Below are positions 8,663 to 16,846 of a stretch of DNA of 35,334 bases, in pieces. How positions within the stretch are numbered: position 1 is the stretch's first letter; each line of letters begins with the position of its first letter. A program made the position numbers and the translations under genes. This DNA is from a virus (lineage: Duplodnaviria > Heunggongvirae > Uroviricota > Caudoviricetes), in the IMG/VR virus record IMGVR_UViG_2713896776_000008; one strand, written 5' to 3'. Below the pieces are notes generated by a model. The model did no database searches. It was not told the DNA's origin and saw only the letters and a list, made by a program, of their open reading frames with translations.

Positions 8663-8678
8663 GTTAGAACGTTCTAAC
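8663..8678. promoter_or_regulatory. perfect 16-bp palindrome GTTAGAACGTTCTAAC, candidate operator upstream of lipoprotein gene
   Basis: Read directly; centred about 28 bp upstream of the ATG at 8698, just upstream of AAGGA RBS. Confidence 0.45.
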
Positions 8679-8697
8679 AGACAACATAAGGATATAT

Positions 8698-9636
8698 ATG
8701 CGTAAGATGTTTTTGGTCTTAGCTCTGTCATTGCTGGTCGGTTGTGATAGTGGATCAGATGGTGTATCGGATTCTCCTTCTACTCCGTCCGTAGAATTCA
8801 ATGTAAAAACGGACGATTTGACTGTAAACAAGCTGTTGCCTGCTATCAAAAATCTACTGCCAGGGTTAAATCGGTACGCAGATCAGTTCGAAAATATTCA
8901 CGTTGAGCAAAATCATTGGCTCACTATCGTGTTTCATGTTCCCGAAAATGCAAACATACCCGCAGATTATCTCTCTCAGGGGAATAATTGCTTCATCGAG
9001 ATCAATAAAGAAGGTACAGCTATAAAAGTGCCTAAAAGAGCCTGTAAATCCGTTGCCCTAGATAGAGTTGTGCAGGATTTAGATAGCGACTATTGGTTCT
9101 ATTTCAATGCCGACGAATTAACCTATGTGCCGTATGATTTTGCAAAGTTAAACGACAAACAACGTGTAGATATTGGTGTCGCATATCTAAAAAAAATGTG
9201 GGATATCGTGCAGATGGTTAAGCAAAAAACAGACTGGCAACCAGATGATTTTCCTAACTACGCCAGATTGTTCAGGCAACTGGAGAGTGAGGGTAAGCAG
9301 TTTGTAATGGAGGGGGATATGTTCCCAGCTTATGGCTCTTGCAGGATGGCGGGGGCTAACGCTCAGCAATGGTGGTCTACACAAATTAGCTCACTTAAAG
9401 ATTTATCTTCAAATGACCCTCAACGAGCGGGTTCCGCTTTAAAACAAATTAAACGTCAATATGACTCATATCATGAAAGCGCTGTGAGTTGTGCAAAAGA
9501 AATCAGGCAAGCTCCACCAGTAGAGAAAAAAATGGAGGTGTTACCCCCTACGTCAGACAATAAACCTCCAAGAGCGGGCTGTCTGATGATATTTACACCT
9601 GATGACAAGACTAGCTGGAGCTGCCCGATAAACTGA
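8698..9636 (+). CDS. lipoprotein (312 aa), lipobox LLVGC with Asp at +2, AT-rich cargo gene
   Basis: MRKMFLVLALSLLVGC|DSG signal peptide and lipobox; AAGGA RBS; local GC visibly lower than flanking phage genes; several Cys pairs in mature part. Confidence 0.7.
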   Translation: MRKMFLVLALSLLVGCDSGSDGVSDSPSTPSVEFNVKTDDLTVNKLLPAIKNLLPGLNRYADQFENIHVEQNHWLTIVFHVPENANIPADYLSQGNNCFIEINKEGTAIKVPKRACKSVALDRVVQDLDSDYWFYFNADELTYVPYDFAKLNDKQRVDIGVAYLKKMWDIVQMVKQKTDWQPDDFPNYARLFRQLESEGKQFVMEGDMFPAYGSCRMAGANAQQWWSTQISSLKDLSSNDPQRAGSALKQIKRQYDSYHESAVSCAKEIRQAPPVEKKMEVLPPTSDNKPPRAGCLMIFTPDDKTSWSCPIN

Positions 9637-9638
9637 CA

Positions 9639-9896
9639 TTAGCAAGGCTTTCTGCTTTGGGGATTGGCGCTGATGGTCAGTCTTATCTCTCCAATGAGTA
9701 TTCCTTTCAGCTTATTTTCAGGGAGCATTCGTGGCGTTTTCTCCACCTGCTCAAGCGCGGCCTGCATCTCTCTTATTGCCTCTGCCAGATTGTCGGCATT
9801 GACGCTAAGTGTGTAGATTTTTGCTGCAGTTTCATGCTCATCGCAGGTTATTCCCATTAAGTATGAGTGTTTGGGTTTATTAGTTGCTGAACTCAT
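9639..9896 (-). CDS. hypothetical 85-aa protein co-transcribed downstream of dam-like gene
   Basis: ATG at 9896 with AAGGAG upstream, 12 nt after methyltransferase stop; stop lies 2 bp from lipoprotein stop (convergent). Confidence 0.5.
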   Translation of the reverse strand: MSSATNKPKHSYLMGITCDEHETAAKIYTLSVNADNLAEAIREMQAALEQVEKTPRMLPENKLKGILIGEIRLTISANPQSRKPC

Positions 9897-9908
9897 GCGT
9901 TTCTCCTT

Positions 9909-10673
9909 TCAGAAATTGCATATCACAAGTTCCTGGCGCGGTGATGACTTACCCGACAGGCTGTAGTTGATGCAAACGGTCTGGATGTTGAGGCCTTTGA
10001 AAGCCTGCCTCATCTCTGGGATATCGTTCACCGATATAATCATTTTCCCTTTGATACTCCGCGCCAGTTCCGACATGTGGATATAGTTCCCTATTGGAAA
10101 ATCCACCCCATAGCCCTCTGTTCCCCAGTACGGTGGATCACAGTAGAACAGCGTATGCGGGCGATCATAACGCTCTATGCATTGGTGCCAGTCCAGATGC
10201 TCTATCAGCGTTCTGGACAGGCGCAGGTGTGCCATCGACAGTTCTTCTTCGATGCGCAGGAGGTTAAAGCGCGGCGCACTTGTGGTGGAGGTTCCGAACG
10301 AGTGATCGGCCACCTTGCCGCCAAACGCCTGTTTCTGCAGGTAGTAGAACCGGGCCGCCCGCTGAATGTCGGTGAGCGTTTCTTCCGGCGTATCCTGCAA
10401 CCATTTATAAATCTGACGGCTGACCAGCGCCCATTTGAACTGGCGAACAAATTCTTCCAGATGATGCTTGACCACCCGATAGAGGTTCACCAGCTCCCCG
10501 TTGATATCGTTAATGACTTCGGTCTTGCTGGGCGTCTTGAGAAAATAGAGCGCAGCTGCCCCGCAGAACGGCTCCACATAGCAGGTATGGGCCGGAAACA
10601 GCGGCAGAATATGTTTAGCCAGACGACGTTTGCCGCCAATCCATGGGACGATGGGTAAAGATTGTTCTTTCAT
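9909..10673 (-). CDS. Dam-like N6-adenine DNA methyltransferase (D12 class), orphan
   Basis: N-terminal PWIGGKRR...FCGAAALYF (AdoMet motif) and DPPY catalytic motif; ATG at 10673 (ORF track begins at TTG 10697). Confidence 0.8.
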   Translation of the reverse strand: MKEQSLPIVPWIGGKRRLAKHILPLFPAHTCYVEPFCGAAALYFLKTPSKTEVINDINGELVNLYRVVKHHLEEFVRQFKWALVSRQIYKWLQDTPEETLTDIQRAARFYYLQKQAFGGKVADHSFGTSTTSAPRFNLLRIEEELSMAHLRLSRTLIEHLDWHQCIERYDRPHTLFYCDPPYWGTEGYGVDFPIGNYIHMSELARSIKGKMIISVNDIPEMRQAFKGLNIQTVCINYSLSGKSSPRQELVICNF

Positions 10674-10714
10674 TATCCGTAAGCCTTTTGCAATCAATGA
10701 AAATATGGCAGGCT

Positions 10715-10737
10715 AGTCAGGTCTCGCGAGACTGACT
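10715..10737. promoter_or_regulatory. near-perfect palindrome AGTCAGGTCTCG/CGAGACTGACT in dam-holin divergent intergenic region
   Basis: Read directly; lies between divergent methyltransferase and lysis operon starts. Confidence 0.3.
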
Positions 10738-10776
10738 GAACCCTGGTCGGCTCACAGTGCATACCTGTGGGTTGAT

Positions 10777-10808
10777 GACCAGCCTGGTGTTACAGCACCG
10801 GGCTGGTC
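10777..10808. promoter_or_regulatory. inverted repeat GACCAGCCTGGTG-N6-CACCGGGCTGGTC
   Basis: 12/13 arm complementarity, 6-nt spacer, in the same divergent intergenic region. Confidence 0.3.
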
Positions 10809-10861
10809 GTTCTTTCAAAGCCATCATGCGGTTCACGTCCGCATCCTCACTATTAACGCTG

Positions 10862-10899
10862 TTTAAAATCCCTTTCCCCGACCATTTGTGATGCTGTCT
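10862..10899 (+). promoter_or_regulatory. candidate late promoter element (weaker third copy of TTTAAWATC-N20-ATRCTGYCY motif) upstream of lysis operon
   Basis: TTTAAAATCCCTTTCCCCG ... ATGCTGTCT with the same 20-nt spacing as copies at 24459 and 30287. Confidence 0.35.
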
Positions 10900-10921
10900 C
10901 CACTACACAAGGAGACGCACC

Positions 10922-11272
10922 ATGAAAAACCTGAAAAAACTTATTCCCCCTGTTAAAAAGCCACGTCTCAGCGGCTGGCTGCTGACCGCAGTGCTGTTGC
11001 TCGGTACCATCGGTCTTGTATCGCCCCAGCAGCTTCCGGTGGTTGTCTACAAGCTGTCACTCATCACGCTAGCGGCAGTATTGGGCTACTGGCTTGACCG
11101 TTCGCTTTTCCCCAAAGCCAGGCCAGGTCAGTACCTGAAGCATGACGACAGGCTGATGGCCGACGGGCGTTACCCGGTACAGACAGGCCTTCACCTGGTC
11201 TTTTCCGCTGCGCTAATCCGCCGTGCGCTGATTGTTGCCGCAGTCTGTCTGGCCGTAGCGACGGGGCTTTAA
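10922..11272 (+). CDS. putative holin / small lysis membrane protein (about 3 TM)
   Basis: AAGGAG RBS; hydrophobic segments WLLTAVLLLGTIGLV, LSLITLAAVLGYWL, ALIVAAVCLAVATGL; first gene of lysis cassette. Confidence 0.5.
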   Translation: MKNLKKLIPPVKKPRLSGWLLTAVLLLGTIGLVSPQQLPVVVYKLSLITLAAVLGYWLDRSLFPKARPGQYLKHDDRLMADGRYPVQTGLHLVFSAALIRRALIVAAVCLAVATGL

Positions 11273-12009
11273 TGATGACCCTCTATATGTACTGGCCTCA
11301 GGTTGTCTGGGCCGTGCTGGTACTGCTGGGGCTGGGCATCGAACTGGCCCGCCACGGGCAGGTCCGCACGGGTAAGCACAGTTTCTGGTGGCAGCTCTTT
11401 GGTTCAGTAACGGTAGCCTGGCTGCTCTGGTGTGGCGGCTTCTTCAGTCAGGCCCGCGCAGCCCAGCCACCGCAAGCCGCGCTGCAGTATCGCGACGATG
11501 TGATCCGTAATGCCCGGCTTGAATGGGGAATGGCTGCGCCGGTGGCAGACTTCGCCGCGCAGCTGCATCAGGAGAGCGGCTGGCGACCTGATGCGGTCTC
11601 GCCGGTTGGCGCTCAGGGGCTGGCGCAGTTTATGCCCGCCACCGCCGACTGGATAAGCCAGCTGATGCCGGGGCTTAACAGCCGTGAGCCGTTCAATCCG
11701 GCATGGGCCATCCGGGCGCTGGTCAGCTATGACCGCTGGCTGTGGCAGCGCGTCAGCGCCGTCAACGGCTGCGAGCGTATGGCCATGACGCTGTCGGGCT
11801 ATAACGGCGGTCTGGGCTGGGTACAGCGGGACAAGCGGCTGGCCTCGCAGCAGGGGCTGGACAGCACCCGCTGGTTTGGTCATGTCGCCACGGTGAATGC
11901 CGGACGCAGCGCTGCCAACTGGCGGGAGAACCGTCATTATCCGCAGCGCATCCTGCACGAACTGGCCCCCCGTTATCTGACATGGGGGGGCGGCAGCTGT
12001 GTGGACTAA
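11272..12009 (+). CDS. endolysin, lytic transglycosylase (SLT domain) with N-terminal signal-anchor (SAR-like) segment
   Basis: QLHQESGW catalytic-Glu motif and GAQGLAQFMPATA; N-terminal weakly hydrophobic Gly-rich segments; start overlaps upstream stop (TAATG). Confidence 0.75.
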   Translation: MMTLYMYWPQVVWAVLVLLGLGIELARHGQVRTGKHSFWWQLFGSVTVAWLLWCGGFFSQARAAQPPQAALQYRDDVIRNARLEWGMAAPVADFAAQLHQESGWRPDAVSPVGAQGLAQFMPATADWISQLMPGLNSREPFNPAWAIRALVSYDRWLWQRVSAVNGCERMAMTLSGYNGGLGWVQRDKRLASQQGLDSTRWFGHVATVNAGRSAANWRENRHYPQRILHELAPRYLTWGGGSCVD

Positions 12010-12652
12010 CCTGCTAAAAAATCTGCCGTGGCGCAGTCTGCTGCTGGCAGTGGTCATAAATGCTTTTCTGATTGGACTTTATTACCTGGGCTACAAAAGC
12101 GGGCATGAAAACGCCACGCGCGACGGCGATAAGGCGATCAGTGAGTTGCAGTCAGCATTCGACACGTACAAAACGGAGCAGGCAACGCTTGAGAACGCTG
12201 CGCTGCGGGCCTGGGCAAAACGGTATCAGGAGCAGGTTGCCGCCGGGCAGCAGGCTGAAGCCAGTTACCTTGAGCAGATTGCTCAACTGGAGAGCCAGAA
12301 CAAACAACTACAGGGGCAAATTAACGATGTCACACAGCGCTGGATTGATGAAAAAGGTAAGAGCCATCCCATTGAGTGCGTGTTTACTCGCGGTTTCGTG
12401 CGCCAGTACAACGCCGCGCTCGGATATGTCAACGCATCCGTCGACACCGGTCATTCAGACTCAGTTTCCGCCGCTGGCACCGGCTCTGGGGCAGCGTCCG
12501 GGCGACCTGAAACCGCTGACGCCTGGCTACGCGACTCAGGCGTCTCCCAGCGTGACGTCCTCGCCAACATCATCGACAACGCGAAGCAGTGCCGCAGCTG
12601 GCGCAGCCAGATAAACGGGCTGCTGGACGAACGGGAAGGATTACAGAAATGA
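11999..12652 (+). CDS. Rz-like i-spanin (N-terminal TM, periplasmic coiled coil)
   Basis: TM LLLAVVINAFLIGLYYLGY then coiled-coil (LESQNKQLQGQINDV); GTG start; embedded +1-frame lipoprotein ORF. Confidence 0.6.
   Translation: MWTNLLKNLPWRSLLLAVVINAFLIGLYYLGYKSGHENATRDGDKAISELQSAFDTYKTEQATLENAALRAWAKRYQEQVAAGQQAEASYLEQIAQLESQNKQLQGQINDVTQRWIDEKGKSHPIECVFTRGFVRQYNAALGYVNASVDTGHSDSVSAAGTGSGAASGRPETADAWLRDSGVSQRDVLANIIDNAKQCRSWRSQINGLLDEREGLQK
12348..12614 (+). CDS. Rz1-like o-spanin (proline-rich lipoprotein) embedded in Rz in the +1 frame
   Basis: ATG at 12348; MKKVRAIPLSAC lipobox (LSAC) followed by proline-rich PSTPVIQTQFPPLAPALGQRPGDLKPLTPGY; lies entirely inside Rz. Confidence 0.5.
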   Translation: MKKVRAIPLSACLLAVSCASTTPRSDMSTHPSTPVIQTQFPPLAPALGQRPGDLKPLTPGYATQASPSVTSSPTSSTTRSSAAAGAAR

Positions 12653-12981
12653 CGTTGCAGGTTGAATTCTGGACGGTGGTGGGCTTTCTCATCACATTCA
12701 TGAGCTTTGTCGGCGGTATGGCCAAGTGGCTGTTCAGTAAAGCGGAAGAGCGTCAGGCGGCGCGGTTCGCCTCCCTTGAGCAGTCGCTACAACAGTCCGC
12801 CTCCAACTGGGGCGAGCTGGAAAAAGAATTTATGCGGTTTAAGGCGGATTTACCGCTGAACTACGTCCGCCGCGAGGATTACATCCGTGGCCAGACGGTC
12901 ATCGAGGCCAAGCTGGACGCACTCTACAACAAGCTGGAAGTGGTACAGCAGTACCGTCATACAGGAGGTCACCATGGTTGA
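12649..12981 (+). CDS. small N-terminal-TM protein (Mu gp25-like, possible releasin)
   Basis: ATG at 12649 overlapping Rz stop (ATGA); TM FWTVVGFLITFMSFVGGMA; position after spanins. Confidence 0.45.
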   Translation: MTLQVEFWTVVGFLITFMSFVGGMAKWLFSKAEERQAARFASLEQSLQQSASNWGELEKEFMRFKADLPLNYVRREDYIRGQTVIEAKLDALYNKLEVVQQYRHTGGHHG

Positions 12982-13285
12982 TATCGCCCGCGTGCGCCGG
13001 GAATCCCTGCGCTGGAGTCTGCTGGTTGCTCTGAACAAAACCCGCCCCTACACCGCCAGCGAGACGCTGCTGCTGGACGTGTCCCGCGCCATATACCCGG
13101 ACACCACGCCGCTGGAGCTGCGCCGTGAGCTGGATTATCTGGCTGACCGCAAGATGGTTGATCTGGAGAAAAAGCCCTCCGGCGACTGGTTTGCTGACCT
13201 GACACGCCTCGGCGTTGACCTGGTGGAATACACCGTGGAATGCGGCCCCGGTATCGCCCGCCCGGAAAAGTACTGGAGTGAATGA
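12974..13285 (+). CDS. hypothetical protein (Mu gp26-position gene)
   Basis: ATG at 12974 with AGGAGG upstream; overlaps neighbours; 103 aa. Confidence 0.45.
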   Translation: MVDIARVRRESLRWSLLVALNKTRPYTASETLLLDVSRAIYPDTTPLELRRELDYLADRKMVDLEKKPSGDWFADLTRLGVDLVEYTVECGPGIARPEKYWSE

Positions 13286-13830
13286 TGGCCAGACGCAGCA
13301 CGATAGAAAAGCTGCCGGAAGACGTGCGTCGCTGGCTTGAGCGGGCGCTGACTGAATCCGGCTTCAGCGGGTATAACGAGCTGGAGTCCCTGCTGCGTGA
13401 GCAGGGTTATGTCATCAGCAAATCGGCTATCCATCGCTATGGCCAGAAGATTGAGCGCCGCTATGGCGCTATCCGTGCAGCCACTGAAGCGGCCCGGATG
13501 CTGACCGAAGGTGCGGCTGACGATCAGGATGCACGTTCGGAGGCGGTGATCGCCCTGATTCAGACCGAGCTGTTCGAGAGCATCGTCCAGCTGCAGGAAG
13601 CGGAAGAAGGCGAAGTCGACCCCAAAGAGCGCGTGGCGCTGTTGTCGAAGGTGGCAAAGAACGTGGCCACGCTGTCCCGCGCTTCCGTCAACCTCAAGAA
13701 GTTCCAGTCTGAAGTCCGGGCCAGAGCGCAGCAGGCGGCCAGCAACGCCGAGAAAATTGCCCGTAAGGGTGGACTGTCAACCGATGCGGTACAGGCGCTG
13801 CGTCGTGAAATTCTGGGGATTGCCTCATGA
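13282..13830 (+). CDS. DUF3486 protein (Mu gp27-like, putative small terminase subunit)
   Basis: MARRSTIEKLPEDVRRWLERALTESGFSGY...SKSAIHRYGQ signature; immediately upstream of large terminase. Confidence 0.7.
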   Translation: MMARRSTIEKLPEDVRRWLERALTESGFSGYNELESLLREQGYVISKSAIHRYGQKIERRYGAIRAATEAARMLTEGAADDQDARSEAVIALIQTELFESIVQLQEAEEGEVDPKERVALLSKVAKNVATLSRASVNLKKFQSEVRARAQQAASNAEKIARKGGLSTDAVQALRREILGIAS

Positions 13831-15350
13831 GCCAGCTTGCTCCTGTTTTGCCTGACACCTCGGCGCTGGATATCCCCGCCGTTCTGATGCCCTACCAGCA
13901 GCGCTGGGTGGCTGACACGTCTCCGCTCAAGGTGATTGAGAAGAGCCGCCGAACCGGTATCACCTGGGCTGAGGCGTCCGATGACGTGCTGACCGCAGCC
14001 TCTTCAGCCCCTGCGGGTGGGATGAACGTGTATTACATCGCCTATAACCAGGACATGACCGTCGAATATATCCAGGCGTGTGCGATGTGGGCGCGGGCAT
14101 TCAACTATGCCGCCAGTGAAATCGAAGAGGGTTTCTGGGAAGAGGACGAAGACGACAAGCATATCAAGACCTACACCATCAAATTCCCTGACTCCGGCTT
14201 CCGCGTTGTCGCGCTCTCCAGCCGTCCGTCTAACCTGCGTGGCCGTCAGGGCATCATCGTTATCGACGAAGCGGCGTTCCATGAGCAACTGGACGAACTG
14301 CTGAAGGCGGCGCTGGCGATGCTTATCTGGGGCGGTAAAGTGCGCGTTATCTCCACCCATGACGGTGACGATAACCCGTTCAATACGCTTATCGGTGATA
14401 TCCGGGCCGGGCGTCAGGGGGGCAGCGTACATCGCATTACTTTTCAGGAGGCTGTGTCCCAAGGGCTGTTCCACCGCGTCTGCCTGCGTACCGGGAAAGA
14501 ATGGTCGGAAGCATCCGAGCAGGCGTGGATGGCATCGGTGTACAAATTCTACGGTGCCGGTGCATCGGAGGAGCTTGACTGTGTTCCGGCCAACGGTGGC
14601 GGAGCCTGGCTGTCCCGCGCCCTGATTGAGTCCCGTATGTCGGTTGGCACGCCGGTGTTGCGTCTGACCTGCCCGGAGGGTTACGAGCTGAAGCCCGATG
14701 ATGTCCGCTGGAGCGAGACGCAGGAGTGGCTTGATACACATCTGAAACCGTTGCTGGAGGCGCTCCCCGCTGACGCACGTTCTTTCCTGGGTCGCGACTT
14801 TGGCCGCAGCGGTGACCTGTCGGTGGACTATCCCCTGCTGCAGGAGAAGAACCTGGTTCGCCGCGTGCCGTTCGTGCTGGAGCTGCGCAACGTGCCGTTC
14901 AAACAGCAGGAGCAAATCGCCTGGTACCTGATGGACGGCCTGCCAAACCTGATAGGCGCGGCGCTTGATGCCCGTGGTAACGGCTCTTACCTCGCCGAAT
15001 ACGCCATGCAGCGCTACGGCTCCAGCCGGGTTAAGCAGGTGATGCCAACTGAAAACTGGTATCGCGAGCATATGCCGCCGGTCAAGGCTGCGCTGGAAGA
15101 TGGCAACCTGGTGGATTTACCGAAGGATGAAGATACGCTGGATGACCTGCGGGCCGTTCAGGTGGTAAACGGCGTTCCCCGCGTGCCGGAACAGCGCTCA
15201 AAAGCGAAGTCTGACAGTGGCAAGCGTCACGGGGATTCAGCCATCGCACTGGCGCTGGCGTACTTCGCCAGTCGTGAAATTAACAAAGGGCCGGTGAAGG
15301 CAAGCTCACGCCGTCGTCGTCAGGCGGCCCGTATGCTGGAGGATTACTGA
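13827..15350 (+). CDS. terminase large subunit (Mu gp28-like)
   Basis: 507 aa; ATPase-like GIIVIDEAAFH (Walker B-like) and nuclease-type C-terminal region; gene order gp27-gp28-portal. Confidence 0.8.
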   Translation: MSQLAPVLPDTSALDIPAVLMPYQQRWVADTSPLKVIEKSRRTGITWAEASDDVLTAASSAPAGGMNVYYIAYNQDMTVEYIQACAMWARAFNYAASEIEEGFWEEDEDDKHIKTYTIKFPDSGFRVVALSSRPSNLRGRQGIIVIDEAAFHEQLDELLKAALAMLIWGGKVRVISTHDGDDNPFNTLIGDIRAGRQGGSVHRITFQEAVSQGLFHRVCLRTGKEWSEASEQAWMASVYKFYGAGASEELDCVPANGGGAWLSRALIESRMSVGTPVLRLTCPEGYELKPDDVRWSETQEWLDTHLKPLLEALPADARSFLGRDFGRSGDLSVDYPLLQEKNLVRRVPFVLELRNVPFKQQEQIAWYLMDGLPNLIGAALDARGNGSYLAEYAMQRYGSSRVKQVMPTENWYREHMPPVKAALEDGNLVDLPKDEDTLDDLRAVQVVNGVPRVPEQRSKAKSDSGKRHGDSAIALALAYFASREINKGPVKASSRRRRQAARMLEDY

Positions 15351-16846
15351 TGGCCCGTGGACTCTGGGTTTCACCCAGTGAGTTCGTCAAATTTGCCGAA
15401 CCTAATAAAACACTGACGGAGCAGATCGCCTCGCGCAGCCGTTCCATCGACTTCTTCGGGCTGGGGATGTACCTGCCTAACCCTGACCCCATTCTGAAAT
15501 CTCAGGGCCGGGATATCCGCATCTATCGCGAGCTGCGTACCGACCCGCTGGTCGGTGGCTGCATCCGCAGGCGTAAGGCGGCGGTCAAATCGCTGGAGCG
15601 CGGTCTTGAACGTGGTCATGCCCCGGCGCGGGTATTCAGCTTCATCCGGGATATGCTCGACGATCTGGATCTGTCCCGCATCATCGGCGAGATGACCGAC
15701 GCCGTTCTCTACGGGTATCAGCCCTGTGAGATCATGTGGGGACGCTCTGTTAAATCCTGGGCCATTGCCGATATCGTAGGTAAACCCCCTGAGTGGTTCC
15801 AGTTCGACAACGACAACCTGCTGCGCTTTCGCGCCAAGGACGCCGGGCTGGAAGGCGAGCCGGTACCGCTGAACAAGTTTGTGGTACCGCGTCAGGACGC
15901 GACCTACGATAACCCGTATGGCTTCCCTGACCTGTCGATGTGCTTCTGGCCCGTGACCTTCAAAAAAGGCGGCATGAAGTTCTGGGTGCGCTTTGCCGAG
16001 AAATATGGCTCACCGTGGGTTATCGGCAAGCATCCGCGCGGTACCGCTCAGGGTGAGATTGACCTGCTGCTGGATTCCATGGAGGCAATGGTGGAAGACG
16101 CGGTGGCCGCTATCCCCGACGATTCCTCCATTGAAATTAAGGAGGCCGCAGGCAAGGCCGACAGCAGCGATATTTATCAGAACCTGATCACGCTTGCCCG
16201 CAGTGAAATCTCCATCGCCCTGCTGGGGCAGAACCAGACCACCGAGGCCAACAGTAACCGCGCCTCCGCGCAGGCCGGACTGGAAGTCACCGATGATATC
16301 CGTGACGCTGACGCTGATATCGTGGAAAGCGCGGTGAATCAGGCCATCAGGATGGCGGTATCAATGAACTTTGGCGATGTGGCCAGCCCCGTCTGGAAGA
16401 TGTGGGAACAGGGAACGGTCGACGATACCCAGGCAACCCGCGACGAGAAACTCAGCCGTGCCGGTGTGGTCTTCACCCCGCAATACTTCAAGCGTGAGTA
16501 CCAGCTGCAGGACGGTGATATTGACGAGACACCACCGTCAGAACGCCAGAAGAACATGCTGCCGCTGTCATTTGCCGAGGCGATTGATGCCGATATTCAG
16601 GCACAGCAGGCCCTGGACGACGCGCTGGATATTCTGATGAACGGAGGCGCGTTAAATGGCACGCTGGAACCCGTACTGGCTCCTCTGTTTAAGCGGGTTG
16701 AAGATGGCGTCAATCCGTCTGAGCTGCTGGGCGAACTGGCCGAGCTGTACCCGCAGATGAACGCTGAAGACCTGCAGGAACGGCTGGCACGGATTATGTT
16801 TGTTGCAACTGTCTGGGGGCGTCTGCATGAGCGTGACAACGGCTGA
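15350..16846 (+). CDS. portal protein (Mu gp29-like, DUF935)
   Basis: 498 aa, GGAGGA RBS, position after terminase; family resemblance. Confidence 0.8.
   Translation: MARGLWVSPSEFVKFAEPNKTLTEQIASRSRSIDFFGLGMYLPNPDPILKSQGRDIRIYRELRTDPLVGGCIRRRKAAVKSLERGLERGHAPARVFSFIRDMLDDLDLSRIIGEMTDAVLYGYQPCEIMWGRSVKSWAIADIVGKPPEWFQFDNDNLLRFRAKDAGLEGEPVPLNKFVVPRQDATYDNPYGFPDLSMCFWPVTFKKGGMKFWVRFAEKYGSPWVIGKHPRGTAQGEIDLLLDSMEAMVEDAVAAIPDDSSIEIKEAAGKADSSDIYQNLITLARSEISIALLGQNQTTEANSNRASAQAGLEVTDDIRDADADIVESAVNQAIRMAVSMNFGDVASPVWKMWEQGTVDDTQATRDEKLSRAGVVFTPQYFKREYQLQDGDIDETPPSERQKNMLPLSFAEAIDADIQAQQALDDALDILMNGGALNGTLEPVLAPLFKRVEDGVNPSELLGELAELYPQMNAEDLQERLARIMFVATVWGRLHERDNG

Noticed and set aside
12072-12614. 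The full 180-aa +1-frame ORF inside Rz as a gene
   Set aside because: Only the distal part starting at ATG 12348 has a lipoprotein signal and proline-rich Rz1-like composition; the upstream part is Arg/Ser-rich frame noise with no start context.
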